Shown in pieces: positions 62,788-64,000 of a stretch of 64,000 nt of DNA (the first letter of the stretch is position 1; each line of letters opens with the position of its first letter). The position numbers were made by a program, and so were the translations under genes. The DNA is from Octopus bimaculoides (lineage: Eukaryota): assembly GCF_001194135.2 (NCBI RefSeq), contig NC_068996.1, forward strand, positions 7,263,680 through 7,327,679. The letters are read 5' to 3'. The notes under the pieces are model-generated. The model was not told the DNA's origin. It made no database searches and saw nothing but the letters and a program-made list of their open reading frames with translations.

Positions 62788-63685
62788 TTGTCATTGATCT
62801 TATTTTTTCTGGTTTGATTCAATATTGGTTTTGTTGTCTTCCATAATTTACTATTTGTTTTACATTCTCTTTTGTAGAGAAGATATTTATAGCAACTATT
62901 AAGTTGTTAAGTTCATTGTTCTGAAGATGAAAAAGAAAAGATAATAATAATAATAACAATAATAATAATAATAACCTAAGATTAATTCCAAATATATTGT
63001 AGAATTGCAAAAGATTTTAATTAAAATACTTAATTTTTGTTGTTGTGGTTGTGCTGTATGTCAGTACTGATCAAGCAGATCTGTGACCAAATATATTCCA
63101 ACCATGACCCTCACCTCATTTTGAAGTATCTAAGACTACGTTCTCCCTTTCCTTTTCATAAGATGGTATGTGTGATATGAAAGTGATTCGACTGTCATTT
63201 ATTGTAGGTTGAACGACCATGTAGAGGCTTCATTTGTGGTTTACCACATTGTGTTGTTGTTATTTAGTCCCTGGGCAACCATTGTCAAGCATGCAGTCCA
63301 ACCATGACCATCTTAACTGTTTTTTTTTTCTTTCTGTTTTTCAAATTATGTATGTAGAATCACATTATCCAGTAACCTTTTTAAGTTAAGAGGGAGATTT
63401 AACTGCTTTTTCTAGCAGGTTAGACAACCATATAGAGGCATCTTTGTTACCTGGCTGGATGTCTTGTGTTGCTGTTGTTTAGCCCTAGTCCAACTTAGAG
63501 GAGCTGGTCTATGATCAAAAGACATTCTGACCATGACCACCTCTTTTAATTATCTGATATTTCATTTTATCAAAAGACATTTTAGTTATGGCTATCACTT
63601 TTTATTAGGTATTTGTTTATTTTTACTATAGCCTCGGGTCAACCAAAGCCTTGAGTGGATTTAGTAGACCAAAACTGAAAAGAAG

Positions 63686-64000
63686 CTTGTCCTATCTCTC
63701 AACTGCTTCTCGTTCGCGGGAGATATCTACCAGCAGGATTCGGGAGTGGCCATGGGGACGAGAATGGGCCCCAACTACGTGAACCTCTTCGTTGGTTATG
63801 TTGAGGCCCAAATATTCTCCAGTTTCACTGGTCCTACTCCCGAACTATACGGTCGGTATATCGACGACTGTATCGGTGCCACCTCACTCTCCCGCGAACA
63901 TCTTGACTCGTTCCTCTCTTTCGTTCAATCTTTCCATCCTGCCCTCCACTTCTCCTGTACTATCTCTGACACCTCTGTCCCCTTTCTCGACATTTCGGTC
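63686..64000 (+). mobile_element. Penelope-like element reverse transcriptase fragment (5' truncated, runs off the window)
   Basis: 105 stop-free codons LVLSLNCFSFAGDIYQQDSGVAMGTRMGPNYVNLFVGYVEAQ...YGRYIDDCIG...FHPALHFSCTISDTSVPFLDISV contain the PLE RT motifs GxAMG, (R)YIDD and PFLD. The segment is abruptly GC-rich. It is missing from the ORF track. Confidence 0.9.

Overview
This is AT-rich, microsatellite-dense animal genomic DNA with eight assembly gaps. The repeat families look like those of Octopus (inference from recalled SINE sequences, not a database match). No prokaryotic operon, rRNA or CRISPR array is present, and almost all ORFs in the supplied track are microsatellite or N-gap artefacts. 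The window appears to be mostly intronic sequence of one minus-strand gene with many short exons (about 15 candidate exons between 5.7 and 60.6 kb, product not identified). The introns hold tRNA-headed and RTE-tailed SINEs, piggyBac-like and hAT-like MITEs, LINE remnants (R4/Dong-like RLE, RTE-like ends) and Penelope-like element (PLE) pieces. The most striking signal is a set of type I hammerhead ribozyme (HHR) motifs. One complete HHR lies inside a structured, partly tandem and partly inverted retrozyme-like element (10.16-10.96 kb). A second lies in a tRNA-headed SINE flanked by a 9-bp target-site duplication (36.1-36.4 kb). Three degenerate HHR-like copies sit in TA-flanked repeats, and a stop-free PLE reverse transcriptase fragment runs off the right edge. 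Family letters A-H are local labels only.
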